Shown here piece by piece: positions 37,701 through 49,700 of a stretch of 64,000 nucleotides of DNA. The DNA comes from Macrostomum lignano (taxonomy: Eukaryota), in assembly GCA_002269645.1 (NCBI GenBank), contig NIVC01000854.1, positions 365,183 through 429,182 on the forward strand, read 5' to 3'. The notes under the pieces were generated by a model. It was not told the DNA's origin, ran no database searches, and saw nothing but the letters and a program-made list of their open reading frames with translations. Both the position numbers and the translations under genes were made by a program. The first letter of the stretch is position 1; each line of letters starts with the position of its first letter.

Positions 37701-40700
37701 GCACCAGGCACTCATTTTGGCGCACCAGGCACTCATCTTGGCGCACCAGACACTCTCTTGGCGCACCAGACACTCTCTTGGCGCACCAGGTACTCATCTT
37801 GGCGCACCAGGCACTCATTTTGGCGCACCAGGCACTCATCTTGGCGCACCAGGCACTCATTTTGGCGCACCAGGCACTCTCTTGGCGCACCAGGCACTCA
37901 TTTTGGCGCACCAGGCACTCATTTTGGCGCACCAGGCACTCATCTTGGCGCACCAGGCACTCTCTTGGCGCACTAGGCACTCATTTTGGCGCACCAGGCA
38001 CTCATTTTGGCGCACCAGGCACTCATCTTGGCGCACCAGGCACTCTCTTGGCGCACCAGGCACTCATTTTGGCGCACCAGGCACTCATCTTGGCGCACCA
38101 GGCACTCATCTTGGCGCACCAGGCACTCATTTTGGCGCACCAGGCACTCATTTTGGCGCACCAGGCACTCATTTTGGCGCACCAGGCACTCATTTTGGCG
38201 CACCAGGCACTCATTTTGGCGCACCAGGCACTCATTTTGGCGCACCAGGCACTCATTTTGGCGCACCAGGCACTCATTTTGGCGCACCAGGCACTCTCTT
38301 GGCGCACCAGGCACTCTATTTTGTCACCTTAAAGCAAAATAATTTATTTCCATAACGGGTCACAAGGTTGGGTGGGGGAAGAAAGCACGGGTATGTTCCC
38401 TATAGTTTTTTCTGGGGGGGGGACATGTTCCCCCCCCTGTCCCCCCCGGTAGTAAAGGTGTCCATTATACTATATGTACATGTACTTTAAGTTGTCCATT
38501 ATGCTAAAATCTGCAACACGATCTTTGTGTGTTATAAGAACTTCAATGGTCGCAATGTAATGCTATATCAAATTTTGGTCAGACTGCCGGTTTGCCAGCA
38601 GAACAACAACGCTAAAGGACCAAGCAAGTGGCAGTTGGTGTTCATGCAGTCAGCCCAGCGCACCGAGTTCTGGTCGGCCCTGCTGGAGAAGGCCTACGCC
38701 AAGCTGGCCGGCAGCTATGAGGCACTCATCGGCGGCCTGAGCAGCGAAGCCATGGAGGACTTCACCGGAGGCATCACCGTCAGCTACGCGCCGAGGCAGG
38801 TGCCGTGTCCCAGGGTGCTGTTCCACACTATTCTCGAGGCCAACAAGCGCTCCTGCCTGATGAATTGCTCCGTTGTTAAAACAAAAACCCTGTCTGACTG
38901 GGCTGGCTGCGGGCTGGACTCGAGACACGCCTACTCTGTCACTGGGGCAGCACCGGTGCGGGCGACTTAAGCTTGTTTAGTCTCTGTAAACTCTCTCTCA
39001 GGCTACTTTCCGTCTGTAAATAATAATAATATACCCTGCCTAAATTTGTAATTTCAGGTTAAAATGAAAACTCAAGATGCACTTCTCTATTGTGAAAATT
39101 TTGTCACCGAGGATGGCAAGGTAAGTAAGAACGTGCAGCTGTTACAGAGACGGAACTGCTAATAAGTAGCAAAAAATCAACTTAAGACAGACTAATAAAA
39201 GCCTGCATAAATAAAAAAATTAAATTATTGTTACTAAATTGTATATAATATTCAAAATACCAGTAAACTTTACTGAACAACAACTAATTGTAGGTTAATA
39301 CAATATTACACTTGATGTAACCGCCCTTGTCGCCCGTCCGCTCCGCGGGGAGGCGAACGCATGACCAGAGAGGGCACCGACCGTAGGCTGCCTATGACCG
39401 GGCAATGATCTGACGGACCTCCAGCACCAGACTGTCCCGCCCACATGATTGATAGCTTTGGTAGCGCTTTTCGTGACCAGAGGGCCAAGGACCCACATGG
39501 ACCCCACCTGTAGCCAAGGTGACCTGGCGCACCACTCTATGTGACCTGGCGCACCTAGATCTTACTACCAGACCTCTCGAGGCTAGAGCCCCGCCTGGAT
39601 TGGTTACCATGGGATTTAGGCTAACAGGGGAGACACATGCAGCCGAGTACAGGGACTCTGCTTGGGGCATGATCGGGAACTCTGGGCTCAATCTGGAGGA
39701 TTTCTCAGCAGGGGATCCTTTGTGGCTGTGAGCGAGGCGGACTTGCGGCTTCAATTACTAAGAGTAGTGTGAGGCGAACATGTACTGTCTATGGTTTAGA
39801 TTGCTCAGGGCGAAGGGACACGTCAGCATGGGGTTGCAACCAATTCCTACTGCCATTCCAAGACTCGCTAATTCCCTCTACTGCACGCACACTCGGACCC
39901 GCAGCACGCACACACAGGCGGGCTTTGCTCGGGGAGAGGCCATTAGCTTACCCAAACTTCCTTATGCTTTGCCACCCAGGGAGAAGGCTTAGCAAGCCAT
40001 GAGTGAAATGATGGTGAAAGTGTGAATAATGAGGAGTTTAGTAATAGTTAACGATTAGGCCCTTAGGCAAAGTAATCAGGCAATTAGGCGGCTTCACTAT
40101 TGAGTAAAATACAGCAAACATACGGCATCACAATTGGCTCAGCTCTCTAATCAAGCAATGGGAAATAAGCAAACCCCGGATAAGCAAAGGCAATTAGAGC
40201 ACAAATTAGTAACAGGAACTTACCGGCGGCTGCACAGAGAGAGAGAGAGCGATGGGGTGACCATGGGCGGCTGCTGGCTGCAGACAGGCAGACAGTGAGG
40301 CGGCGATGCGCTGAAGCGACGAGGCGCGGATGTAGTTCAGGCGATGCTGAAGATGCTGGGCGGTAACAGACCGCGGGCCGGCAGATGAGCTCACTTTGGG
40401 AGCTGAGGTAACTTGGCGGTAACAGACCGCGGACCGGCAGAGGTTCGTCCTATAGACGAATGGGTCAGATCAACGTCCGACAGCGAGTCCAAAGAAGGAC
40501 AAGAGGAGAGCCGAAGTTAAGTTTCTCACGCCGAAAACCGCTTCCTTAAATAGCCTTCCCAGCCGCCGCTCCAATGTCGTTTCCATGACTCCCTCTCTCT
40601 GATTGGCTGCCGGCGAAATGACGTCAGAATGAGTCATGATGAGAAGCATGAGACCGGCATAGCAACATGAGAAATAGAGAAATTGCGCAATCCGGAGGTG

Positions 40701-43700
40701 GGGTGGGGGATAATTGGCGCAGCGGGAGGTCGAGAAAGTGTTGCGCAAGCAAACATTGAGAACAATAGGGCTGGGGTCGAGAACAAAGGAAATGGAAATC
40801 GGGGATAATTGGGGAGAACCGAGAACAATGGAAAAGTAAACATTGGAGAAAAGGTGCTAATTGGGTGCGAAAACGAGAACAAAAGAAAGAGAAAATCCAA
40901 GAAAATGTGATAATTGGATGTGAAGAGGAGAACAAAAGAATCAAAAACGAGAACAATAGAAGCGGAGGTGGGGTGGGTGTCGCATGAGAAATTTGGGGAG
41001 GAGAACAATAGCATGAGAAAAGGTTGCGCAAGAGGGGGTGGTGAGTCATCGATGAGTCATCGAGGGGAAGAAGGGGTCACAAGGCTTGCGTCACCGTTTG
41101 GGAGTTCACTAAGGGGTGGGTAGACGGTGAGCGCACAAAGTACTGTGAGTAGGCACGGGAAGAGAGGGGCACAGCGCAGGAAAAACAGTCCAAAAAGAAA
41201 GAAAAAAGAGGGAGAGTGGGAGAAGTACATAATAGATAGGGTAGAGCGCATAGGAAATAGAGTAGCGGGTGGAGGCAGAGGGAGATAGGGGCTCCGGAAA
41301 GGCTCGTGTGGTTGGGTGGGAGACGGAGCCGAGGCAGCAGAGGCGCAGCAGAGCGGGAGTCTGCAGGCCTGGTCAAAGACCCGGCCCAGTCTCGACGGCT
41401 CTGCTCAGGGGGTGCACGGAGATCGGAGGTACTTTTGAAAAATTTCCCTTGCCATATCCCGCGACCAGAGCGTGGTTACATCACACTACTTTCAGTAACA
41501 AGACTAGTAAACCAATTAAAAACTTTACCGTGACAAGAATCGCTAAAGGGTCATTGCAAACAATACACTACTGACTAGCGACTCTGAGGCGACTCCTGTG
41601 TCACTTTTTAGCGACTCAAACGACTGTATTGCGACGGAGAAACGACGGAGAAACGCATCACATGGGTTATAAAATCGTTCGAGTCGCGAAAAATTCGTTC
41701 AAGAGTCTTAGTGTCAACGCTAAACTTCTACTAATGCAAGTCGACTAAATCGAGTTGTTATAAAATTAAATCGCGATTCTAATTCATAAAGTGATGCAGA
41801 TGCGCTATAGACGCAACTGAGTGATTCTGCAGCGACTCTACCACGCCTCAGGTACGACTCTCCAGTCCTTTCAGAGTCGCAGACAATAAAACGCCTTAAA
41901 TTGACTCTTGTTTTGGCGACTTGTACCGTGACATCTCATTTTAAAGTCGTCTAGAGCCACTTTTTTATTTTTTTACCTGTTTTGCCTGCAATGAACTCCG
42001 GGGCGACGCGAGTGACTCTGGGACGCTTTTTGTCCTCGTACCGTTTTTATCGGTAAAATACCGTTATTTTTTTATCCAAGCTGGTTTGCTAGTTTATTGA
42101 CTTCGATTCTGTAGAAAAAATATTAACGGCTGAAAACTACAAAGAACAAAAAAGTACAAATTTTGAACTCACAAACTCGTGATGTTAAATCCAGCCCCAA
42201 TGTAGCACATGCACAGCTTTACAGTATATGCGCAATGAGGGAAGTTCACACGATAAGAGATTTGCAATTTAGTGCTAAAAACAAGAAAAGCCGGTCATTG
42301 ATTCTGATGCCACCAGCCCACAGACGAGCCTCCAGGCGATACGGTGTTCGTCCCTCTCGTGCGCATCCGCAACCCCTGGGGCAGCTCCCGCGAATGGTCG
42401 GGCGACTGGGGCGACAAGTCCAAGGCCTGGGCCGCAGTTTCTGCCGAGGAGAAAGCTCGGATTAACGTCAAATTTAAGGGTGACGGCGAGTTCTGGATGA
42501 GCATCAAAGACTTCTGCAAATTCTTCTCTGTGAGTTCGGAGTGAACGGCATTGACTGAAAAGGGGAGAGTAGCATGCTTCATCGGTATGATTGACGTAGA
42601 ATGCTAAACGGATAACTTCAAGAATGCTTTTTTAAACAGTATGTCGCGCACGAAATTCTTACAAAGTGTATGATTACAACAAACTATACAAGTTAGAAGT
42701 GTTTTTATATGTCCACTTTTTTCACGGTTGAATGCTTGATTATTAATCACTACACTCAGAACAATTTGTGTCCTTGCGCAAGCCAGTTGACCTCTGATTT
42801 AGTCCATTCATCTGTAAATTGGGTACCAGAATTAGATGGGGTAATTGAGGGTGTGTGTGGCGACCCTCCAGTCCTTGGACTCAACAGCCGTACGCAGCTT
42901 TCAGACGCGCCGCACACTATCTGTGGCTGAGCTGTCGTTGGTACATCTGCCCTATAGGACTTTTATTATTATTATTATTATTTCCGTTTGTCAAAAACTA
43001 GCGATAAATTAGTGATAAAATCAATAGAGAGAATTACTGCAACACACATTTACTTACCGCACAGGATTTAGAGATGTGCCATCTTGGTCCTGAGAGTTTG
43101 GCCCACGCCCGTCGGCAGGCTGGCAAGTTGAACGACAAGCGGCGCTGCTGGGAGTCCGTGAGCCACAAGAGCGCCTGGCGCAAGCGCTTGAGCGCCGGCG
43201 GCTGCAGAAACAACTTGCGAAGCTTCGCTTCGAATCCGCAGTTCCAGGTGACGGTCGTTGACCCGGACGAGACAGACAACGACAATACGGGCACAGTGAT
43301 CGTCGGCTTGATGCAGATCAACTTGCGCAGGCGGCGGGCTGCTGGAGACCGCATGCTCTTCATCGGCTACGAGATCTACCGCCGCAGGACGGACGGCACT
43401 GGGCCGTTGGACACGAATTTCTTCAGGTGAAGCAGCAATGATGTTTTCTTTGCGACAAGGAACGCGTGTGAAGAGTTGAATTTTAAAACATGTGGCAGTG
43501 TCTGTTCCCTGAGTCATTAAAATATCTGAACTTTGACAATAGATACGCGTATAAATCGTTCTTTAACCAACAATGCCCATGCAGGTACAACCGATGCGCT
43601 GGCTTCACAACCCACACTAACAAAAGGCAGGTGTGCTTTCGGCACAAGCTAAAGCCTGGCAATTATGTCATTGTGCCCAGCACCTATCGGCCGGACTTTG

Positions 43701-46700
43701 AAATGGATTTCCTGCTTCGCGTGTACACCGAGCGACCCGCCAAGCTGGATGAGATTGATGACGTCACAGCTATTGTTGACCTGAAAGTAAGTTTCTTAAC
43801 TGATGTTATGCTGTCTGGAGGCATGCATGTCAGATACGAAATCAGTAATAAACGTATTACCGTTTGGATCAGAGAATGGTAGCCTTGATATCATTGATGG
43901 CATAATCTAATATACTAAAAATGAAATGCTTGGTTGCTTGCTTGTAATTGATTTTCTCCCGAACGGCTCAACCGATTTTCTTCAAACTTGCACCATTCGA
44001 TCAGAAATTTTCCCGGGACGGTACATGCATATTGGCTAAGAAATTGCTCAATGTTAAAGGCATTAAATATTCGAAAAACATGATTTTTTGCAAAGGTCAA
44101 GCAGCTCTTTCGACCTGAAATGCATTGTAAGAATGCTAGAGAAAAATCTGACTGGTTGAATTCTGATTCTGAAATAGATTGCATCACAATACACTTTATT
44201 TATCGTCTGTGTACTGGCTGAATTTGACACTCAATTGAATTGCGTCACAGCTTTGAGGGTGAAAGTATAGTGCAGTACTGAATTTATATTACGTAACCAT
44301 ATTGTTAACTTTCATAGACACTGGTACTGACTTGCCTAAGAAATTGATTATGTCATAACTGCTTCGCGTGACTTTTTACTCTACCTGACTTGGTGTGAGT
44401 GTTGAATTAATTATATAAGTGGTACAAATTCACTGATAACTTCGATGAGAGCTAGCCTAGAGCTGAGCAGACCAGACTGCTAATGCAGCGACCTGGGTTC
44501 GAATCTAAGTAGTTTAAAAGTAGTAGTGTAAAATTTTTTATTAAAAGCTTTTATTAAAGGACTAAATAAAAACACTTAGATTACTGCACTCGATAAGCTA
44601 AGGATTATTGCTCTTGGCAAACCAAGGAATACTGCACTCGATAAGCCAAGGATTATTGCTCTTGGCAAACCAAGGATTACTGCACTCGATAAGCCATGGA
44701 TTATTGCTATTAATAAACCAAGGATTACTGCACTCGATAAGCCAAGGATTATTGCTATTAATAAACCATGAATTACTGCACTCGATAAGCCAAGGATTAT
44801 TGCTATTAATAAACCAAGGATTACTGCACTCATAAGCCATGGATTATTGCTATTAATAAACCAAGGATTACTGCACTCGATAAGCCAAGGATTATTGCTA
44901 TTAATAAACCAAGGATTACTGCACTCGATAAACCAAGGATTATTGCTATTAATAAACCAAGGATTACTGCACTCGATAAGCCAAGGACTATTGCTATTAA
45001 TAAACCAAGGATTACTGCACTCAATAAACCAAGGACTATTGCTCTTGGCAAACCAAGGATTACTGCACTCGATAGGCCAAGGACTATTGCTCTTGGCAAA
45101 CCAAGGATTACTGCACTCGATAAGCCATGGATTATTGCTATTAATAAACCAAGGATTACTGCACTCGATAAGCCAAGGATTATTGCTATTAATAAACTAA
45201 GGATTACTGCACTCGATAAACCAAGGATTATTGCTATTAATAAACCAAGGATTATGCACTTGGCAAACCAAGGATTACTGCAATCGATAAGCCATGGATT
45301 ATTGCTATTAATAAACCAAGCATTACTGCACTCAATAAACCAAGGACTATTGCTATTAATAAACCAAGGATTACTGCACTCAAAAAACCAAGGACTATTG
45401 CTCTTGGCAAACCAAGGATTACTGCACTCGATAAGCCAAGGATTATTGCTATTAATAAACCAAGGATTACTGCACTCGATAAGCCAAGGATTATTGCTAT
45501 TAATAAACCAAGGATTAATGCACTCGATAAACCAAGGATTATTGCTATTAATAAACCAAGGATTACTGCACTCGATAAGCCAAGGATTATTGCTATTAAT
45601 AAACCAAGGATTATGCACTTGGCAAACCAAGGATTACTGCACTCGATAAGCCAAGGATTATTGCTATTAATAAACCAAGGATTACTGCACTCAATAAACC
45701 AAGGACTATTGCTATTAATAAACCAAGGATTACTGCACTCAATAAACCAAGGACTATTGCTCTTGGCAAACCAAGGATTACTGCACTCGATAAGCCATGG
45801 ATTATTGCTATTAATAAACCAAGGATTACTGCACTCAATAAACCAAGGACTATTGCTCTTGGCAAACCAAGGATTACTGCACTCGATAAGCCAAGGACTA
45901 TTGCTCTTGGCAAACCAAGGATTACTGCACTCGATAAGCCATGGATTATTGCTATTAATAAACCAAGGATTACTGCACTCGATAAGCCAAGGATTATTGC
46001 TATTAATAAACCAAGGATTACTGCACTCGATAAGGCATGGATTATTGCTATTAATAAACCAAGGATTACTGCACTCGATAAGCCAAGGATTATTGCTATT
46101 AATAAACCATGAATTACTGCACTCGATAAGCCAAGGATTATTGCTATTAATAAACCAAGGATTACTGCACTCGATAAGCCATGGATTATTGCTATTAATA
46201 AACCAAGGATTACTGCACTCGATAGCCAAGGATTACTGCGCTTGATAAGCTTGGCTACATGTATAGGATTATTTCTATCCAGGGATGCTTGCTATTTAGG
46301 GATTCTTGCTATGTGCAGGATGCTTGCTATCTGGAAGGATGCTTCTACATTATTTGGGGTATGCTTGCTATCTGCAAGATGCTTGCTATCTGCAAGATGC
46401 TTGCTATCTGCAGATGCTTGCTATCTGGGTGGATGCTTGCTAGGAGTATTAGGGGATGCTTGCTACTGGGGGATGCTTGCTGTCTTGGGAATATTTTCTA
46501 TTTAGGGGTAATGACTAAAATTCATGAGAGCTAGCCTAGAGGTAAACAGACTAAACTGCTAAATGCAGGGACGATGGTTCGAATTTTTAGAGAGTAGAGT
46601 TTTTTTAATTAAAGCCTTTTAACGCCAAGACAAAAAAAATTATGGAAGCGTCATGTAAACAATCATACAAGCGTCATGTAAACAATCATAGAAGCGTCAT

Positions 46701-49700
46701 GTAAACAATCATAGAAGCGTCATGTAAAAATCATAGAAGCGTCATGTAAAAATCATAGAAGCGTAATGTAAACAATCATAGAAGCGTCATGTTAAAATCA
46801 TAAAAGCGTCATGTAAACAATCATACAAGCGTCATGTAAACAATCATAGAAGCGTCATGTAAAAAAATCATAGAAGCGTCATGTTAAAATCATAAAAGCG
46901 TCATAAAAAATCATAGAAGCGTCATGCAAGCAATCATAGAAGCGTAATGTAAACAATCATAGAAGCGTCATGTTAAAATCATACAAGCGTCATGTAAACA
47001 ATCATAGAAGCGTCATGTAAAAAAATCATAGAAGCGTCATGTTAAAATCATAGAAGCGTCATGTAAACAATCATAGAAGCGTCATGTAAACAATCATAGA
47101 AGCGTCATGTAAAAATCATAGAAGCGTCATGTAAAAATCATAGAAGCGTCATGTAAACAATCATAAAAGCGTCATGTAAACAATCATAGAAGCGTCATGT
47201 ATACAATCATAGAAGCGTCATGTAAACAATCATAGAAGCGTCATGTAAAAAATCATAGAAGCGTCATGTAAAAATCATAGAAGCGTCATGTAAAAATCAT
47301 AGAAGCATCATGTAAAAATCATAGAAGCGTCATGTAAAAATCATAGAAGCGTCATGTAAAAAATCATAGAAGCGTCATGTAAAAATCATAAAAGCGTCAT
47401 GTAAAAAATCATAGAAGCGTCATGTAAACAATCATACAAGCGTCATGTAAACAATCATAGAAGCGTCATGTAAAAATCATACAAGCGTCATGTAAACAAG
47501 CATAGAAGCGTCATGAAAAAATTATAGAAGCCTCATATAAAAACTAATGAAAGTGTGTCATTTAAAAAATTAAGAAGCATCATGGAAGAATAAAAGAAGA
47601 GTAACGTAAAAATCAAAAGAAGCGTCATGTCAGACATGAAAGAAATGTCATATAAAAATTAAATGAAGCTATAGTACAGTGCTGTGCTGGGGAGAATTAC
47701 TGAGACGTCAAGGCTCACAGAGAATAACTGAGATTACAGGGGGTTTCTGAGATGTTAAAGCAAAAGTCAGAAGCTACTTCAAAGTACATGTACTTTACTT
47801 AAGTTTTTTATTGCATTCTTTGTTGGCTTGCCACGGTGGGGGGGGCGCTGATAGAAGAAGAGTCATGTAAAAATAAAAGGAGCACTATGTATACATAAAA
47901 TAAAAGTCATGTCAAAGTTAAAAGATTCATTTGGGAATTGCTACGATGTCAAAGCTTGGAGGGAATCGTTATAGTGCTGTGATTCTTAAAGAAGGAATCA
48001 CTTAAATGCCAAGGCTTAGGGAAGAAGAATTGCTGTGATTTCAAGGCTTTAGGTTGGGTGAAAGTTAGGTTTACGTCAGGTTTGGGTTGAGGGTTAGATT
48101 TTAGCGCGTTTCAAGGTTAACAGGGGATTTTTTAGATTTCAAGGTTTATGGGGGCATCGCTGACATGTCAAGGCTTACGAGGGGAATCTATCTATCTATC
48201 TATAGCTGAGATGTCAAGGCTCACGGGGGAATAAATGAGATGTCAAGGCTAATGTCAGAAGCTACATGTAGTTTATTGGAAAAAAGTTATTACATTATTT
48301 GTTGGCTCCTCACGGGAGGGATCGCTGATAGAAAAAGCGTAATGTAAAAAAAAAGAAGCTTCATGTCAAAGTTAAGAGATTCATTTGGGAATCCCTACGA
48401 TGTCGAGGCTTGCAGGGAATCGCTATAATGCTGTAGTAGTGCTATAGACTCTTAGAGAGAATTACTGAAATTTCAATGCTTTAGGGTTAGGGTTAGGGTT
48501 AGGGTTAGGGTTAGAAAATAGACAGATTTTTTAAGATTTCAAGGCTTGTGGGAGCATTGCTGAGATGTCAAGGGGGAGTTGATATGTTAAGGCTTGTGGG
48601 GGGGGATTGCTGACATGTCAAGGCTTACAAGGGTACTGGTAGCGTACTGAAGCATACTGGTAGAAGTAGCTCTGAAAGAAGGCAAGTATGGTTGAATTTC
48701 AATGTCTGTTATAAAATTCTGCACAAACATGTTTTATTGGTACATAAGCCTGGAATTAAAATGAGAATTCGATTCCTAGCCCCCCTCCCTAAGAATTTTT
48801 TTTCATTTAAAAGGATTCGTCCCTTGCTTATTGGCCACCCGAAGGCCATTTTTTATCAAAAATGATAAAAATAATTTTTATCAAACACGTTGACATATAC
48901 AGGGCTCTAAACTAAAAACTGTAAAAAGTTGATAGTTTTGTTTTACCTAAAATGCGTTATTAACGATCTCCAAAAATTCCTATTTTAAGCTTAAGCTTAA
49001 GAAAAACACTTAAAGTACTCCTGCTAAAAGGTATATTATATTAGACGAATATTAATTATTTCTGCTCCCCGAAGGGGGGCAAAACTTTAGCTAGTCCAAT
49101 ATACTAAAAATGGTCTGTCTGTGTCTATCTATCTATCTATCTATGTGATCGATTAGAGAAAAAATGGCTGGACCGATTTTGTTCGAACTTGCACTGTTCG
49201 ATCAGAAATTTTCCCGTGACGGTACATGCATCGTGGCTAAGAAATTGCTCGATGCTAAAGGCATTAAATATTCGAAAAACATGCTTTTTTGCAAAGGTCA
49301 AGCAAACTTTTCGACTTACATGTAAAATGCATTGTAAGAATGCTAGAGAAAAAACTGACTGGTTGAATTCTGATTCTGAAATAGATTGCATCATAACTGA
49401 ATTGTAACTCCGACTTGAATTGAAAATGCAGTGTGGAAGCGTAGCACCAGACTTGATTTAAATTGCGTAACCATATTGTTAACTGATACTGACTGACTGA
49501 GAAACTGATTATGTCATAACTGCTTCGTGTGATTTACTCTATGCTTGGATTTTAAAGTGTTGAATTATATAAGTGCAAAATTTGATGTTATCAAAACGAC
49601 GAGAGCTAGCCTAGAGGTGAACAAACTGAACTGCTAAATGCAGCGACGATGGTTCGAATTTTCATAGAGTATAATTTTTTAATTAAAGCTTTTCAACGTC

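Larger units (their letters stand above)
43906..49094 (+). mobile_element. Non-autonomous Helitron, unit 1, calpain intron 8
   Basis: Starts A|TCTAATATACTAAAAATG; ends with hairpin gctcccc-gaa-ggggggc (49064-49080) followed by CTAG (49091-49094). Confidence 0.8.

Noticed and set aside
35140-38355. 1071-aa and 1031-aa ORFs and many overlapping ORFs
   Set aside because: Translations of the stop-free 20/21-bp satellite inside calpain intron 3; open in several frames on both strands.
40358-40368. gggcggtaaca as the right end of the intron-5 LTR
   Set aside because: No TSD there; the end at 41483 gives a perfect 10-bp inverted repeat and a CACT duplication.
44447-44510. Functional tRNA gene
   Set aside because: A/B-box-like motifs are present but there is no acceptor stem or complete cloverleaf.
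44576-46245. Hydrophobic or Asn/Trp-rich repeat ORFs
   Set aside because: Products of the 48-bp satellite inside a Helitron.
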